Source: Escherichia phage mogra
Sequence record: MN850579.1
DNA length: 64,000 nt
Strand: one strand, 5' to 3'
Shown here: positions 49,377-58,688 of the stretch, in pieces
How positions within the stretch are numbered: the stretch's first letter is position 1
Layout of the letters: the number at the start of each line of letters is the position of its first letter
Position numbers and translations under genes: made by a program
Notes under the pieces: model-generated
Databases searched by the model: none
Seen by the model: the letters and a program-made list of their open reading frames with translations, nothing else
What the model was told of the DNA's origin: nothing

Positions 49377-51062
49377 ATGAAAAAAGCTGTTATTCTTGGT
49401 GCTGGACTGGCAACTCGTTTGTATCCAATAACGCATCATATTCCTAAGGTGCTTGTGAACTATAAACAAGACACTATTCTGAGCAATTTGTATACAATTT
49501 ATTCTGACCTTGGCGCAGATGAAATTATTGTAGTAGTTCATTCAAAATTTGCTGAAACTGTTCGAGCTTATTGTGAGCAAGAAGGGTTCAATGTGACTAT
49601 TCGTACAGTTGATGAAGCGTATGGTTCTGCTTATGCTCTTGCTAAATTACACAAAGATTTAGACGGTCATAATGTAATTGTTAACTGGTGCGATATTATT
49701 CCTGATTTTGGTTCATGGTCTTGGAATGTTAACGCAATCTATGTTAAGGGTGATGAATGTCGATATAATTTCGACGGTGAAAATATCACTAACGTAGGTT
49801 CAACAGGTGGTAATGTTGTAGGAATTTATCAGTTCAAAGACTGGGAATTCTATATGGGTTCTACTGATGAGGAAATTCATGAATACTGCAAAGGACGTGA
49901 TTTCGTAGAATTCCTTTACAGCGCCGCATTCAATAAATCAGAGCTTATGAATCTAATTGATTTAGGTGATATGCCTAAACTTGAAAAGGCTCATGAAGTT
50001 CGTGAACTTAATCGTAGTTTTAACGCAGTTGAAATTGGTGAAGAAACTGTAACTAAATTCGCATTAACCGAACAGGGTCGAGCTCTTCAGAAAGATGAGA
50101 TTTCATGGTATTTGAAAGTGAAATCAGATTCAGTTCCTCAGTTAGTTTCTGTTAATGAAAATAACTTTGAAATGGAACGCATTAAAGGTAAGCCAGCATT
50201 TGAATATATTAAATCCAAATCAAGTCTTGCTCGTCCACAAATTGTTGATGCAATTTTAGATGCACTGAAATTCAGCACAGACACTTATTTTGTAAGTCCT
50301 GAAACTGTTCGTCGTGATTTCACTAAAGAATTCTATACGAAAGTTATTGATCGTTGTGAAAGCATTCAACCATTGATTGATTCATTTGGTAAAATCACGC
50401 ATGTGAACTACACTAAGATTGGACGTCTGAAGCCAATGCTGAAACAAGCTTTAGAACACCTTATTCGTTATCATAACCGTTCTCAGGGACAGTACTCTGT
50501 TATTCATGGCGACCCGAACTTCAGTAATACTATGATTACTGATAATGGCGAAGTCAAGTTTATCGACCCTCGTGGATATTTTGGTGAAACCAAGATTTAC
50601 GGGCCGAAATTGTACGACGAAGCTAAAGTGCTTTACGCTGTTTCAGGTTATGATGAATTCAACGCTAATCCGACCTGGGGGCAGTTTACTATTGATGAAA
50701 CAACTTGTAATGTGACTATTAACATCAATCCATTAGTTTACAAATATGGAAAGATGAGTTCGTTTAACGAGTATCATCATTTGGCAGTGGCAATTATCTG
50801 GATTGCATTAGGTGGTTATTTCAAGAATAATCCACTTAAAGCGGTAGCCGCATATTATAAAGGTATGGAACTTCTGACTAAGCAATTACGTAACATGGGC
50901 CGTGTACTTCAGGACGGCTCTATTAGTTATGACGTAGCAGAACCTGTAACGGCTACTCTGATTACAAAAAATCCTGGTAAGTGGGTACTAACTGATAAAG
51001 AAACTGGTGTTTCCTATCGTCCAATAGGTGGCGATATCACTCATCAATGGGAACGAATCTAA
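49377..51062 (+). CDS. bifunctional sugar-1-phosphate nucleotidyltransferase / APH-type kinase
   Basis: N-terminal ILGAGLATRL (GxGxR NTP-transferase motif); C-terminal HGDPNFSNTMI...IDPRGYFG (choline/aminoglycoside-kinase-like). Confidence 0.7.
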   Translation: MKKAVILGAGLATRLYPITHHIPKVLVNYKQDTILSNLYTIYSDLGADEIIVVVHSKFAETVRAYCEQEGFNVTIRTVDEAYGSAYALAKLHKDLDGHNVIVNWCDIIPDFGSWSWNVNAIYVKGDECRYNFDGENITNVGSTGGNVVGIYQFKDWEFYMGSTDEEIHEYCKGRDFVEFLYSAAFNKSELMNLIDLGDMPKLEKAHEVRELNRSFNAVEIGEETVTKFALTEQGRALQKDEISWYLKVKSDSVPQLVSVNENNFEMERIKGKPAFEYIKSKSSLARPQIVDAILDALKFSTDTYFVSPETVRRDFTKEFYTKVIDRCESIQPLIDSFGKITHVNYTKIGRLKPMLKQALEHLIRYHNRSQGQYSVIHGDPNFSNTMITDNGEVKFIDPRGYFGETKIYGPKLYDEAKVLYAVSGYDEFNANPTWGQFTIDETTCNVTININPLVYKYGKMSSFNEYHHLAVAIIWIALGGYFKNNPLKAVAAYYKGMELLTKQLRNMGRVLQDGSISYDVAEPVTATLITKNPGKWVLTDKETGVSYRPIGGDITHQWERI

Positions 51063-51448
51063 TGCACCGCGTAGAAAACATGCTTAATCTTTGTTTTGAT
51101 GTCGATGATTGTATAACAGAGTGGAATAACAATCGTGATTACGTGAACTTCAAGCCAGACGTCGAAATGGTGTCTGCCATTAATGCCCTGTATGATGCAG
51201 GGCATACCATAACGCTTTACACTGCTCGCGGTATGAAGTCAGTCGGTCCTGGTCGTATAGCAATTGACATTCTCCCAAGTCTGATTCAGAACTTGGCAAA
51301 CATTGGCTTGAAGTACCATAATTTGCTAACACATAAACCAGTATATGATTGGATTATCGACGACAAAGCTATGCGTCCTGACGAATTCAAAGCTCTTATG
51401 AATAAAGGCGAATTCGAAACATTTAAATCATATAAACCGAATCTATAA
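51062..51448 (+). CDS. HAD-superfamily phosphatase (small, capless)
   Basis: Motif I FDVDDCIT, motif II ITLYTAR, Lys and WIIDDKA motif IV; TAATG coupling to upstream gene. Confidence 0.6.
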   Translation: MHRVENMLNLCFDVDDCITEWNNNRDYVNFKPDVEMVSAINALYDAGHTITLYTARGMKSVGPGRIAIDILPSLIQNLANIGLKYHNLLTHKPVYDWIIDDKAMRPDEFKALMNKGEFETFKSYKPNL

Positions 51449-51508
51449 TAATTTAAGTAAGACCTGCAAAAAAAAACCATCGCATCAATTAACGCGAGAT
51501 GCAAAAAA

Positions 51509-52669
51509 ATGAATACTTTTAAAATCGGAACGAATTTTGATTTAGCTCTTCTTGATAAAATCGTAGAGCTCAATAAAACTTATCCTAATAGCTTGATAAA
51601 TGAAGTATACGGCTCTACAAGAGAAATGGCTTTTGTAGCAGCCAGACCTGATTTTAGGCTTCCTGACATTGACAAAAAGATGTTAGAAGATTATGTTAAA
51701 CGTTGTAACGAATTAGGTATTTGCTTTAACTATACACTCAACACGATAAATCCTGGTTCAAAAAGAGAACTAGTTGAGTGGAAGAAGAAAGCTATTCAGG
51801 ATTATGTTCAGTATCTTTGGTCAATAGGCGTATGGCGTATTACTATCGCTAACCCTGTTGTTATGGAAATTGTTCGTGAAGTCAATAAAGACATTGAGAT
51901 TGAAGTTTCAACAATTCTACATGTCGATGCTGTAACTCAAATCAAATACTTGCATGACCAGTATAATATCAAAAAGGTCTGCTGTGGAATTCATAAGAAC
52001 CGTTCAGTTTCTTTCCTGAAGCGTGCAGCAGAGTTTTGCAATAAGAACAATATAATATTTGAAGTTCTTGTAAATGAGTTCTGTTCTAATGCTGGTAAAG
52101 GGTATACAACACATTGTAGCTATCGTGACTCTTGCTATATTTTCCATAGTACTGATGTTACAGCTGATGATGCTAAATCCTTAAACGGATATCCAATGCA
52201 GCACTGTATTAAAGCTCGTGATACAGACCCATTTAACTGGTTGAGAACTCGTTTTGTTCGTCCTCAAGATTTGAAACTTTATAATGATATCGGTATCACT
52301 CAATTCAAAGTTTCAGGACGTACAGGTAGCACAGACTACATTTTGAAAGTTCTTGAAGCATACGCTTCTGAAAAGTTTGAAGGTAATTTGTTAGAACTGT
52401 GGAAGCCTTTAGAGACTATTTTCACTCTTGAAAACGAAACTGAGTTTTCACATACAGTAAATATTGAAACCTCTTTGTTAGATGGCTTTTTAGAAAAAAG
52501 GTGGTTCAGACATCCAGATTTCGATTGTGCTAATGAAATCTGCGGGACGACGTGTACATATTGTGAAAGATATTATAAACGTCAATTATCTAAAAACGGG
52601 TTAGCAGAAAACTCTATATCTATTATTGATATAACTAACTCTGATGACGCTTTGAGGTACCCGGAATGA
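51509..52669 (+). CDS. peptidase U32-family-like protein (family includes O2-independent hydroxylases)
   Basis: EVYGS, FVAARPDF..LEDYVKRCNELGICFNYTLN, NEFCSNAGKG..HCSY Cys-rich signature and FKVSGRTGS (compare KIEGR) resemble U32 family; by eye only. Confidence 0.35.
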   Translation: MNTFKIGTNFDLALLDKIVELNKTYPNSLINEVYGSTREMAFVAARPDFRLPDIDKKMLEDYVKRCNELGICFNYTLNTINPGSKRELVEWKKKAIQDYVQYLWSIGVWRITIANPVVMEIVREVNKDIEIEVSTILHVDAVTQIKYLHDQYNIKKVCCGIHKNRSVSFLKRAAEFCNKNNIIFEVLVNEFCSNAGKGYTTHCSYRDSCYIFHSTDVTADDAKSLNGYPMQHCIKARDTDPFNWLRTRFVRPQDLKLYNDIGITQFKVSGRTGSTDYILKVLEAYASEKFEGNLLELWKPLETIFTLENETEFSHTVNIETSLLDGFLEKRWFRHPDFDCANEICGTTCTYCERYYKRQLSKNGLAENSISIIDITNSDDALRYPE

Positions 52670-52905
52670 TTTCTAGAAAAACTTTTAACCACCGACTTAA
52701 TGAAGAGATTTTGACTATGAAACTGAACACTAATGAACAAATTCTTAAAAAGGCCCTGATGGGCCTGTTTGAAACTAAAGCGGCTAAAGTGATTAAAGAA
52801 CCTGTTCAATTGGAATACTACGCTGATGCATTTCTTCATAGTGTTCTTGGAAGTATCGATGCTGAATCTTTACGTTATATCAACATTGTCAAGAAATTCA
52901 AATAA
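52666..52905 (+). CDS. hypothetical protein
   Basis: ATGA overlap with U32-like gene. Confidence 0.5.
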   Translation: MISRKTFNHRLNEEILTMKLNTNEQILKKALMGLFETKAAKVIKEPVQLEYYADAFLHSVLGSIDAESLRYINIVKKFK

Positions 52906-52947
52906 GCTTTACGAATTGAGTATATAATAAATTGTATTGAGGTAAAC

Positions 52948-53664
52948 ATGGGAAAACATAACACAATGAAATATATCAAAGCCGCAGATTTTCAAACCGC
53001 ATTTAAAGCAGTCAATCGTGAAATTTTAGAAAACCCGGAATTCGTAACTGATTCTCGTATTGGACGTTGTAATGAAATTGGGTCTATGACAGTAGTTGTT
53101 GACACTCCATCATCATTCAAAATGACCGACCCACGTATTAACCGCATCTCTTATGAATATGCCGAAGACTTCTGGAAGTTTATGATTTCCGGTGGTACCA
53201 ACGCAGAAGAAGCGTTTAAGGCATATCCTAATGTCGCTAAATTTATTTCTAAACCAAAATCAGATGTTTTGCCGGCGAACTTCAACACTTTCTATGGTCC
53301 TCGCATTGCGGCCCAATTACCAGCTCTTCTAAAAGAACTTAAAGAGAAGCCTAACTCTCGAAGAGTTGTGTTCCAAATTCTAGAAAGTTCTGATCAGGCT
53401 TTGCTTGATTCGGACGAAACGCTTGAATATCCATGTACTGACTCAGTGACTTATTATATTCGTGATGGTAAGCTTTATACCCACTGTCATATGCGTTCTC
53501 AGAACTGTGCTGTTGTTATGCAGTTGGATTTTTATCTCCAAGGAAAATTACTTCATTATATCGCTAACGAATGTGGTGTAGAAGTTGGTGATTATACTCA
53601 TACCATGGTAAGTGCCCATGTGTTTGAACGTGATTTTGATTATGTTAAAGGATTCCTTGACTAA
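52948..53664 (+). CDS. 42: dCMP hydroxymethylase gp42 (thymidylate-synthase fold)
   Basis: TS-family motifs PNSRRVVFQ and EYPCTDSVTYY (catalytic Cys); position as T4 gene 42. Confidence 0.8.
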   Translation: MGKHNTMKYIKAADFQTAFKAVNREILENPEFVTDSRIGRCNEIGSMTVVVDTPSSFKMTDPRINRISYEYAEDFWKFMISGGTNAEEAFKAYPNVAKFISKPKSDVLPANFNTFYGPRIAAQLPALLKELKEKPNSRRVVFQILESSDQALLDSDETLEYPCTDSVTYYIRDGKLYTHCHMRSQNCAVVMQLDFYLQGKLLHYIANECGVEVGDYTHTMVSAHVFERDFDYVKGFLD

Positions 53665-54563
53665 TGGCTATTTTCCGCGTACCAATCTTGAGTATGCGGT
53701 CTTATGAAACTGGACAGTATGCTATCCTTAAGGATGGCAACTTCCAACTTCATTTGCACCGTGCTAATCCAGGCGATGTGATTACATATCCACGTAATGC
53801 ATCTGATATTAAAGAATGTGAACGTCTTTTCCCAGAATTTAAGTTTGTTCCATTATGGTATAAAGATAACGCGTATAACACTCGTAAATATTTCTGGTCC
53901 GAAAATGAATTTGTGGTTGATTCATTAATTGCTTATTATGATTGTGATTTTCTAATCACAGATATCACTGGATATAACGGCGCTTTTGATGTAGAATTCA
54001 ATTTCAATATCACGGCAGACCCTAATAAACCACGTTTTTATATTGGCGAATTCTTAAAAACCGATATGTTGTCAGTTAATAGTTCACTTCAAACTACTGT
54101 GTTGAATGAACGTCAAAAAGAAGTGCTGGTTAACGCAGGTGCAGATGGTAATAAGATTATCGTAACTCAGAAAGTTATACGTCCTTCCATCATGCAGCGT
54201 CTTGTAGGTGATTTGGCTCCTATTCATCTAGATGGTATTTTTCATCCATTTCGAATTAGTGACCCGTGCTATCGTTTTGAACAAGTGGTTGAATGTGCAA
54301 TTCAATTAGGCCAACCGCTTTATATAACCGATCCAAATAATAGCTTCGACAGAAATAAGTATCCTGAAGAAGCGCTGATTCGAATTTTTAAACCAACTAA
54401 AACTGAGTACTATCAAATTCTTAAAGGACGTCCGAAGATTCAATATTTCGAAAATCCTGAAGAAGTATTTCATCCAGGTCTTGGTGAGTTCATCTACTTT
54501 AATGCTTTAATTTCTTCGCCGTATAATATACCTAAATACGAAGATGTCGTAATCGAGGAATAA
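53664..54563 (+). CDS. hypothetical protein in the beta-gt position; candidate DNA sugar transferase
   Basis: TAATG coupling to gene 42; 299 aa; no resemblance to recalled T4 beta-gt. Confidence 0.5.
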   Translation: MAIFRVPILSMRSYETGQYAILKDGNFQLHLHRANPGDVITYPRNASDIKECERLFPEFKFVPLWYKDNAYNTRKYFWSENEFVVDSLIAYYDCDFLITDITGYNGAFDVEFNFNITADPNKPRFYIGEFLKTDMLSVNSSLQTTVLNERQKEVLVNAGADGNKIIVTQKVIRPSIMQRLVGDLAPIHLDGIFHPFRISDPCYRFEQVVECAIQLGQPLYITDPNNSFDRNKYPEEALIRIFKPTKTEYYQILKGRPKIQYFENPEEVFHPGLGEFIYFNALISSPYNIPKYEDVVIEE

Positions 54564-54564
54564 A

Positions 54565-55113
54565 ATGGCTAAAATTATTTTAGTAGATGGCCCGGATAAT
54601 GCCGGTAAAACAACTTTCATTAATGACATAATGGAAATTAGTGAAAGATATGTAAAGATTGATTTCCCTAAACGAACAGTTGATGGACGTTTCGATGTTA
54701 AGTCTCGAAATGAAGTTGGTTGTTTCGAAACGATGTTGAATTATTTAGACCCTACTAAGATTTATCTGTTAGACCGTGGATATATTAGTAACTGGGTTTA
54801 TGGACGTATTCGACAAGATGCGGACTCTGTTCTTGATGTTTATGAGCAGGATTATGTTCGTCTTTGCCAAAACCATGATGTGTTCACAATTATTTTAACA
54901 CGTAACGAAATGACTGAAAGTTTTGAAGACGACCTTATTACTTTGTCTTCATTCGGTTTTAATACAGTCATTTCACATTTTGAAGAGTTTGCAATTCATA
55001 ACAAAATCCAAACGTATCAATTACTTAATCATGATGGTGCTAACAAAGTTATAGGATTTAATGCAAGCGAACGTAATGGTTTGATTACAGAAATCATCAA
55101 ATGGGCTCGTTAA
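54565..55113 (+). CDS. P-loop kinase (nucleotide or sugar kinase-like)
   Basis: Walker A VDGPDNAGKTT; LDRGY (DRY-like) motif; 182 aa. Confidence 0.6.
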   Translation: MAKIILVDGPDNAGKTTFINDIMEISERYVKIDFPKRTVDGRFDVKSRNEVGCFETMLNYLDPTKIYLLDRGYISNWVYGRIRQDADSVLDVYEQDYVRLCQNHDVFTIILTRNEMTESFEDDLITLSSFGFNTVISHFEEFAIHNKIQTYQLLNHDGANKVIGFNASERNGLITEIIKWAR

Positions 55114-55133
55114 GAGCCATTTAAAGTTTTAAA

Positions 55134-55158
55134 TGCTGTATAACCCTTAGTATATAAT
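55134..55158 (+). promoter_or_regulatory. candidate middle promoter for uvsX
   Basis: MotA-box variant TGCTGTA, 12 nt spacer, TATAAT 55153. Confidence 0.4.
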
Positions 55159-55211
55159 CGTCTTATCTTTTAAACATGAGTAAAATATAATGATGCCTAT
55201 GGAAAAATACA

Positions 55212-56384
55212 ATGTCTGATTTAAAATCTCGTCTGATTAAAGCTTCTACTTCTAAAATGACTGCAGACTTGACTAAGTCTAAGCTGTTTAATAATCGTGA
55301 TGAAGTCCCTACTCGTATTCCGATGTTGAATATCGCACTAGGTGGTGCTCTGAATGCAGGATTGCAATCAGGCTTGACTATTTTTGCTGCACCTTCTAAA
55401 CATTTTAAAACATTGTTTGGACTGACCATGGTTGCAGCATATATGAAGAAATATAAAGATGCAATTTGTTTGTTCTATGATTCGGAATTTGGTGCTTCAG
55501 AATCTTATTTTCGATCAATGGGTGTTGATTTAGACCGAGTAGTTCATACTCCGATTCAATCTGTCGAACAACTTAAAGTTGATATGACTAATCAGCTTGA
55601 CGCGATTGAACGCGGCGATAAAGTTATTATCTTTATCGATTCAATCGGTAATACTGCATCTAAGAAAGAAACCGAAGATGCGTTGAACGAGAAAGTTGTA
55701 GGTGATATGTCTCGTGCTAAGGCACTTAAATCTCTTTTCCGTATTGTGACTCCTTATCTGACTATTAAAGATATTCCATGTGTTGCAATCAACCATACAG
55801 CAATGGAAATTGGCGGATTGTATCCTAAAGAGATTATGGGCGGCGGTACAGGTATTCTTTACTCGGCTAACACTGTATTCTTTATCTCTAAACGTCAGGT
55901 TAAAGATGGCACTGAATTGACCGGTTATGACTTCACGTTGAAAGCAGAAAAATCTCGCACAGTTAAAGAGAAATCTACTTTCCCAATCACAGTTAATTTT
56001 GATGGTGGTATCGACCCATTCAGTGGCTTGTTAGAAATGGCAACTGAAATTGGATTTGTTGTTAAGCCTAAAGCCGGTTGGTATGCTCGTGAATTCCTTG
56101 ACGAAGAAACAGGCGAAATGATTCGTGAAGAGAAATCGTGGCGTGCTAAAGCTACTGATTGTGTAGAATTCTGGGGACCGTTGTTTAAACACAAACCTTT
56201 CCGAGATGCAATTGAAACTAAATATAAACTAGGTGCTATCTCTTCTATTAAAGAAGTTGATGACGCTGTTAACGACCTTATTAATTGCAAAGCAACAACT
56301 AAAGTTCCTGTTAAAACTTCTGATGCTCCGTCTGCAGCAGATATAGAAAACGACCTTGACGAAATGGAAGATTTCGATGAATAA
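55212..56384 (+). CDS. uvsX: recombinase UvsX (RecA-like)
   Basis: 390 aa; P-loop FAAPSKHFKT; T4 synteny. Confidence 0.93.
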   Translation: MSDLKSRLIKASTSKMTADLTKSKLFNNRDEVPTRIPMLNIALGGALNAGLQSGLTIFAAPSKHFKTLFGLTMVAAYMKKYKDAICLFYDSEFGASESYFRSMGVDLDRVVHTPIQSVEQLKVDMTNQLDAIERGDKVIIFIDSIGNTASKKETEDALNEKVVGDMSRAKALKSLFRIVTPYLTIKDIPCVAINHTAMEIGGLYPKEIMGGGTGILYSANTVFFISKRQVKDGTELTGYDFTLKAEKSRTVKEKSTFPITVNFDGGIDPFSGLLEMATEIGFVVKPKAGWYAREFLDEETGEMIREEKSWRAKATDCVEFWGPLFKHKPFRDAIETKYKLGAISSIKEVDDAVNDLINCKATTKVPVKTSDAPSAADIENDLDEMEDFDE

Positions 56385-56718
56385 TCTCGTTGATTTAAAT
56401 CTAGAAATCGTTGATGAATCCCCTTCTTCGGAAGGGGAAGACATTCGCAAAGAACGAGTGTTTAATGAATCTCTTAAAATTGTCCGTTCAGCAATGGAAA
56501 ATGTCATTCAAGAGATTCTGATTACACTTGAAGACGGTTCCCATCATATAGTCTATATTACAAAACTAGACTGGGTTGATGGTAAAATCGTAATGGACTT
56601 TGCAGTTCTTGACCAGGACAGAAAAGCAGAACTTGCACCACATGTTGAAAAATGTGTTACAATGCAAGTACAACAAGCTTTTAATGAACGGACCAAGAAA
56701 AAATTTAAATTCTTTTAA
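56377..56718 (+). CDS. 40: gp40 head vertex assembly chaperone
   Basis: 113 aa; overlaps uvsX stop; between uvsX and gene 41. Confidence 0.7.
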   Translation: MNNLVDLNLEIVDESPSSEGEDIRKERVFNESLKIVRSAMENVIQEILITLEDGSHHIVYITKLDWVDGKIVMDFAVLDQDRKAELAPHVEKCVTMQVQQAFNERTKKKFKFF

Positions 56719-56727
56719 GGAGTTATC

Positions 56728-58170
56728 GTGGTAGAAATTATTTTGTCTCATCTCGTATATGACCAGGCTTATTTTTCTAAGGTCTGGCCTTATATGGATT
56801 CTGAGTATTTTGAGCGTGGACCGGCAAAAAACGTCTTTAAAATTATAAAGAGCCACGTTAACGAATATAATGCAATGCCATCTATCAATGCATTAAAGGT
56901 GGCTTTAGATAACAGTTCTTTAACTGAAGCCGAATATAAAGGAACTTCAGACCTAATTGAAAAATTGGCTGATACTCCTGAAGACCACGAATGGTTGGTT
57001 AAAGAAACTGAGAAATATGTCCAGCAAAAAGCGATGTATAATGCTACGTCTAAAATCATTGAGATTCAGTCTAATGCTGAACTACCTCCAGAACAACGTA
57101 ACAAGAAAATGCCCGACGTAGGAGCTATTCCTGATATTATGCGTCAAGCACTTTCAATTTCGTTTGATAGTTATATTGGGCATGACTGGATGGAAGACTA
57201 TGAAGCACGCTGGCTTTCTTATCTGAACAAAGCACGTAAGGTCCCGTTCAAATTAAACATTTTGAATAAAATCACCAAAGGCGGCGCAGAAACAGGTACA
57301 CTAAACGTTTTAATGGCTGGTGTTAACGTCGGTAAATCTTTAGGCCTTTGTTCACTTGCTGCAGATTATCTTCAAACAGGTCATAATGTTCTTTATATTT
57401 CAATGGAAATGGCTGAAGAAGTTTGTGCTAAGCGTATAGATGCAAACATGCTTGACGTATCACTCGATGATATTGATGATGGTAACGTATCTTATGCTGA
57501 ATATAAAGCCAAGATGGAAAAATGGCGTTCAAAAACAACATTAGGACGTTTAGTAGTTAAACAGTATCCTACTGGTGGAGCTAATGCTAATACATTTCGT
57601 GCATTGCTTAATGAGTTAAAACTTAAGAAGAACTTTGTGCCATCTGTAATCATGGTTGATTACTTAGGTATTTGTGGGTCTTGTCGTATCAGAGTTTACA
57701 CTGAAAATAGCTACACATTAGTTAAAGCTATCGCAGAAGAACTTCGTGCATTAGCAGTAGAATCTGAAACAGTTCTATGGACTGCAGCTCAAGTAGGACG
57801 TGCAGCATGGGATGCTTCAGACATGAACATGAGTGATATCGCAGAATCAGCAGGTTTACCAGCAACGGCAGATTTCATGTTGGCTGTAATTGAAACCGAA
57901 GAACTTGCACAAGCTGAACAACAACTTATCAAACAAATCAAATCACGATACGGCGATAAGAATAAGTGGAATAAATTCCTGATGGGTGTACGTAAAGGCA
58001 ATCAGAAATGGGTTGAGATTGAGCAAGAAGGCATGAACACACCTAACACAGTAAATGAAAACGCAGGTGCTCAGATGCGTCAGGCAGAGGTGAATCGTAC
58101 GGAACGCGTAGGTAAAGCCAAAGCAACACGTGCTGACCTAGATAGCTTAGCCAATGAGTTAAAATTTTAA
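56728..58170 (+). CDS. 41: replicative DNA helicase gp41 (DnaB-like)
   Basis: MVEIILSHL..DQAYFSKVWPYMDSEYFE matches T4 gp41; Walker A GVNVGKSLG; GTG start. Confidence 0.93.
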   Translation: MVEIILSHLVYDQAYFSKVWPYMDSEYFERGPAKNVFKIIKSHVNEYNAMPSINALKVALDNSSLTEAEYKGTSDLIEKLADTPEDHEWLVKETEKYVQQKAMYNATSKIIEIQSNAELPPEQRNKKMPDVGAIPDIMRQALSISFDSYIGHDWMEDYEARWLSYLNKARKVPFKLNILNKITKGGAETGTLNVLMAGVNVGKSLGLCSLAADYLQTGHNVLYISMEMAEEVCAKRIDANMLDVSLDDIDDGNVSYAEYKAKMEKWRSKTTLGRLVVKQYPTGGANANTFRALLNELKLKKNFVPSVIMVDYLGICGSCRIRVYTENSYTLVKAIAEELRALAVESETVLWTAAQVGRAAWDASDMNMSDIAESAGLPATADFMLAVIETEELAQAEQQLIKQIKSRYGDKNKWNKFLMGVRKGNQKWVEIEQEGMNTPNTVNENAGAQMRQAEVNRTERVGKAKATRADLDSLANELKF

Positions 58171-58175
58171 TAAAA

Positions 58176-58196
58176 AGGAGACTTCGGTCTCCTTTC
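58176..58196 (+). terminator. terminator-like hairpin after gene 41
   Basis: AGGAGAC-TTCG-GTCTCCT then TT. Confidence 0.5.
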
Positions 58197-58258
58197 GGGG
58201 TTTACATCTTCCTCTAGGCATGATATGATGTACTTACACAAACCAAGAGGAAAACATT

Positions 58259-58633
58259 ATGAATATGTCTCAAGCAATTTTTACTGCAATCACCGAAAAC
58301 ACAACTGTTGAAGTAGTTTCTCCGCTGGCAACTTACGTTATTCTTGCTCCTAAAACTATTGTATCTCGTATGGAAAACATGGGCAAACGTATCGTACAAA
58401 TTGTTGGAGCCGGAAATCAAAAACTTGATTATCTACGAACCATCAAAGCTTATGAACATTTCCAACTCGAAAAAGGTTCTCCTATCCAGGTAGAACTCGT
58501 AAATGGTGATATCGTTCGAGCAATGTTCCATCATTTCTATGCATTGAATGACCCATCTAAAGCGGTTCGTTTAATTGCATATGACGCAAACCAAAACGAA
58601 ATCAACGCGGATATATCTAAATTACGTTTTTAA
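58259..58633 (+). CDS. hypothetical protein
   Basis: 124 aa; insert between genes 41 and 61. Confidence 0.5.
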   Translation: MNMSQAIFTAITENTTVEVVSPLATYVILAPKTIVSRMENMGKRIVQIVGAGNQKLDYLRTIKAYEHFQLEKGSPIQVELVNGDIVRAMFHHFYALNDPSKAVRLIAYDANQNEINADISKLRF

Positions 58634-58684
58634 GTTTACTTCTCCAGTAGTTGTGTTATTATAGACCTATCAACTACTGGAGAA
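58634..58684 (+). promoter_or_regulatory. early promoter inside a 14 bp perfect inverted repeat whose 3-prime arm carries the SD
   Basis: GTTTAC 58634; arms TTCTCCAGTAGTTG 58640-58653 and CAACTACTGGAGAA 58671-58684. Confidence 0.6.
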
Positions 58685-58688
58685 CAAA

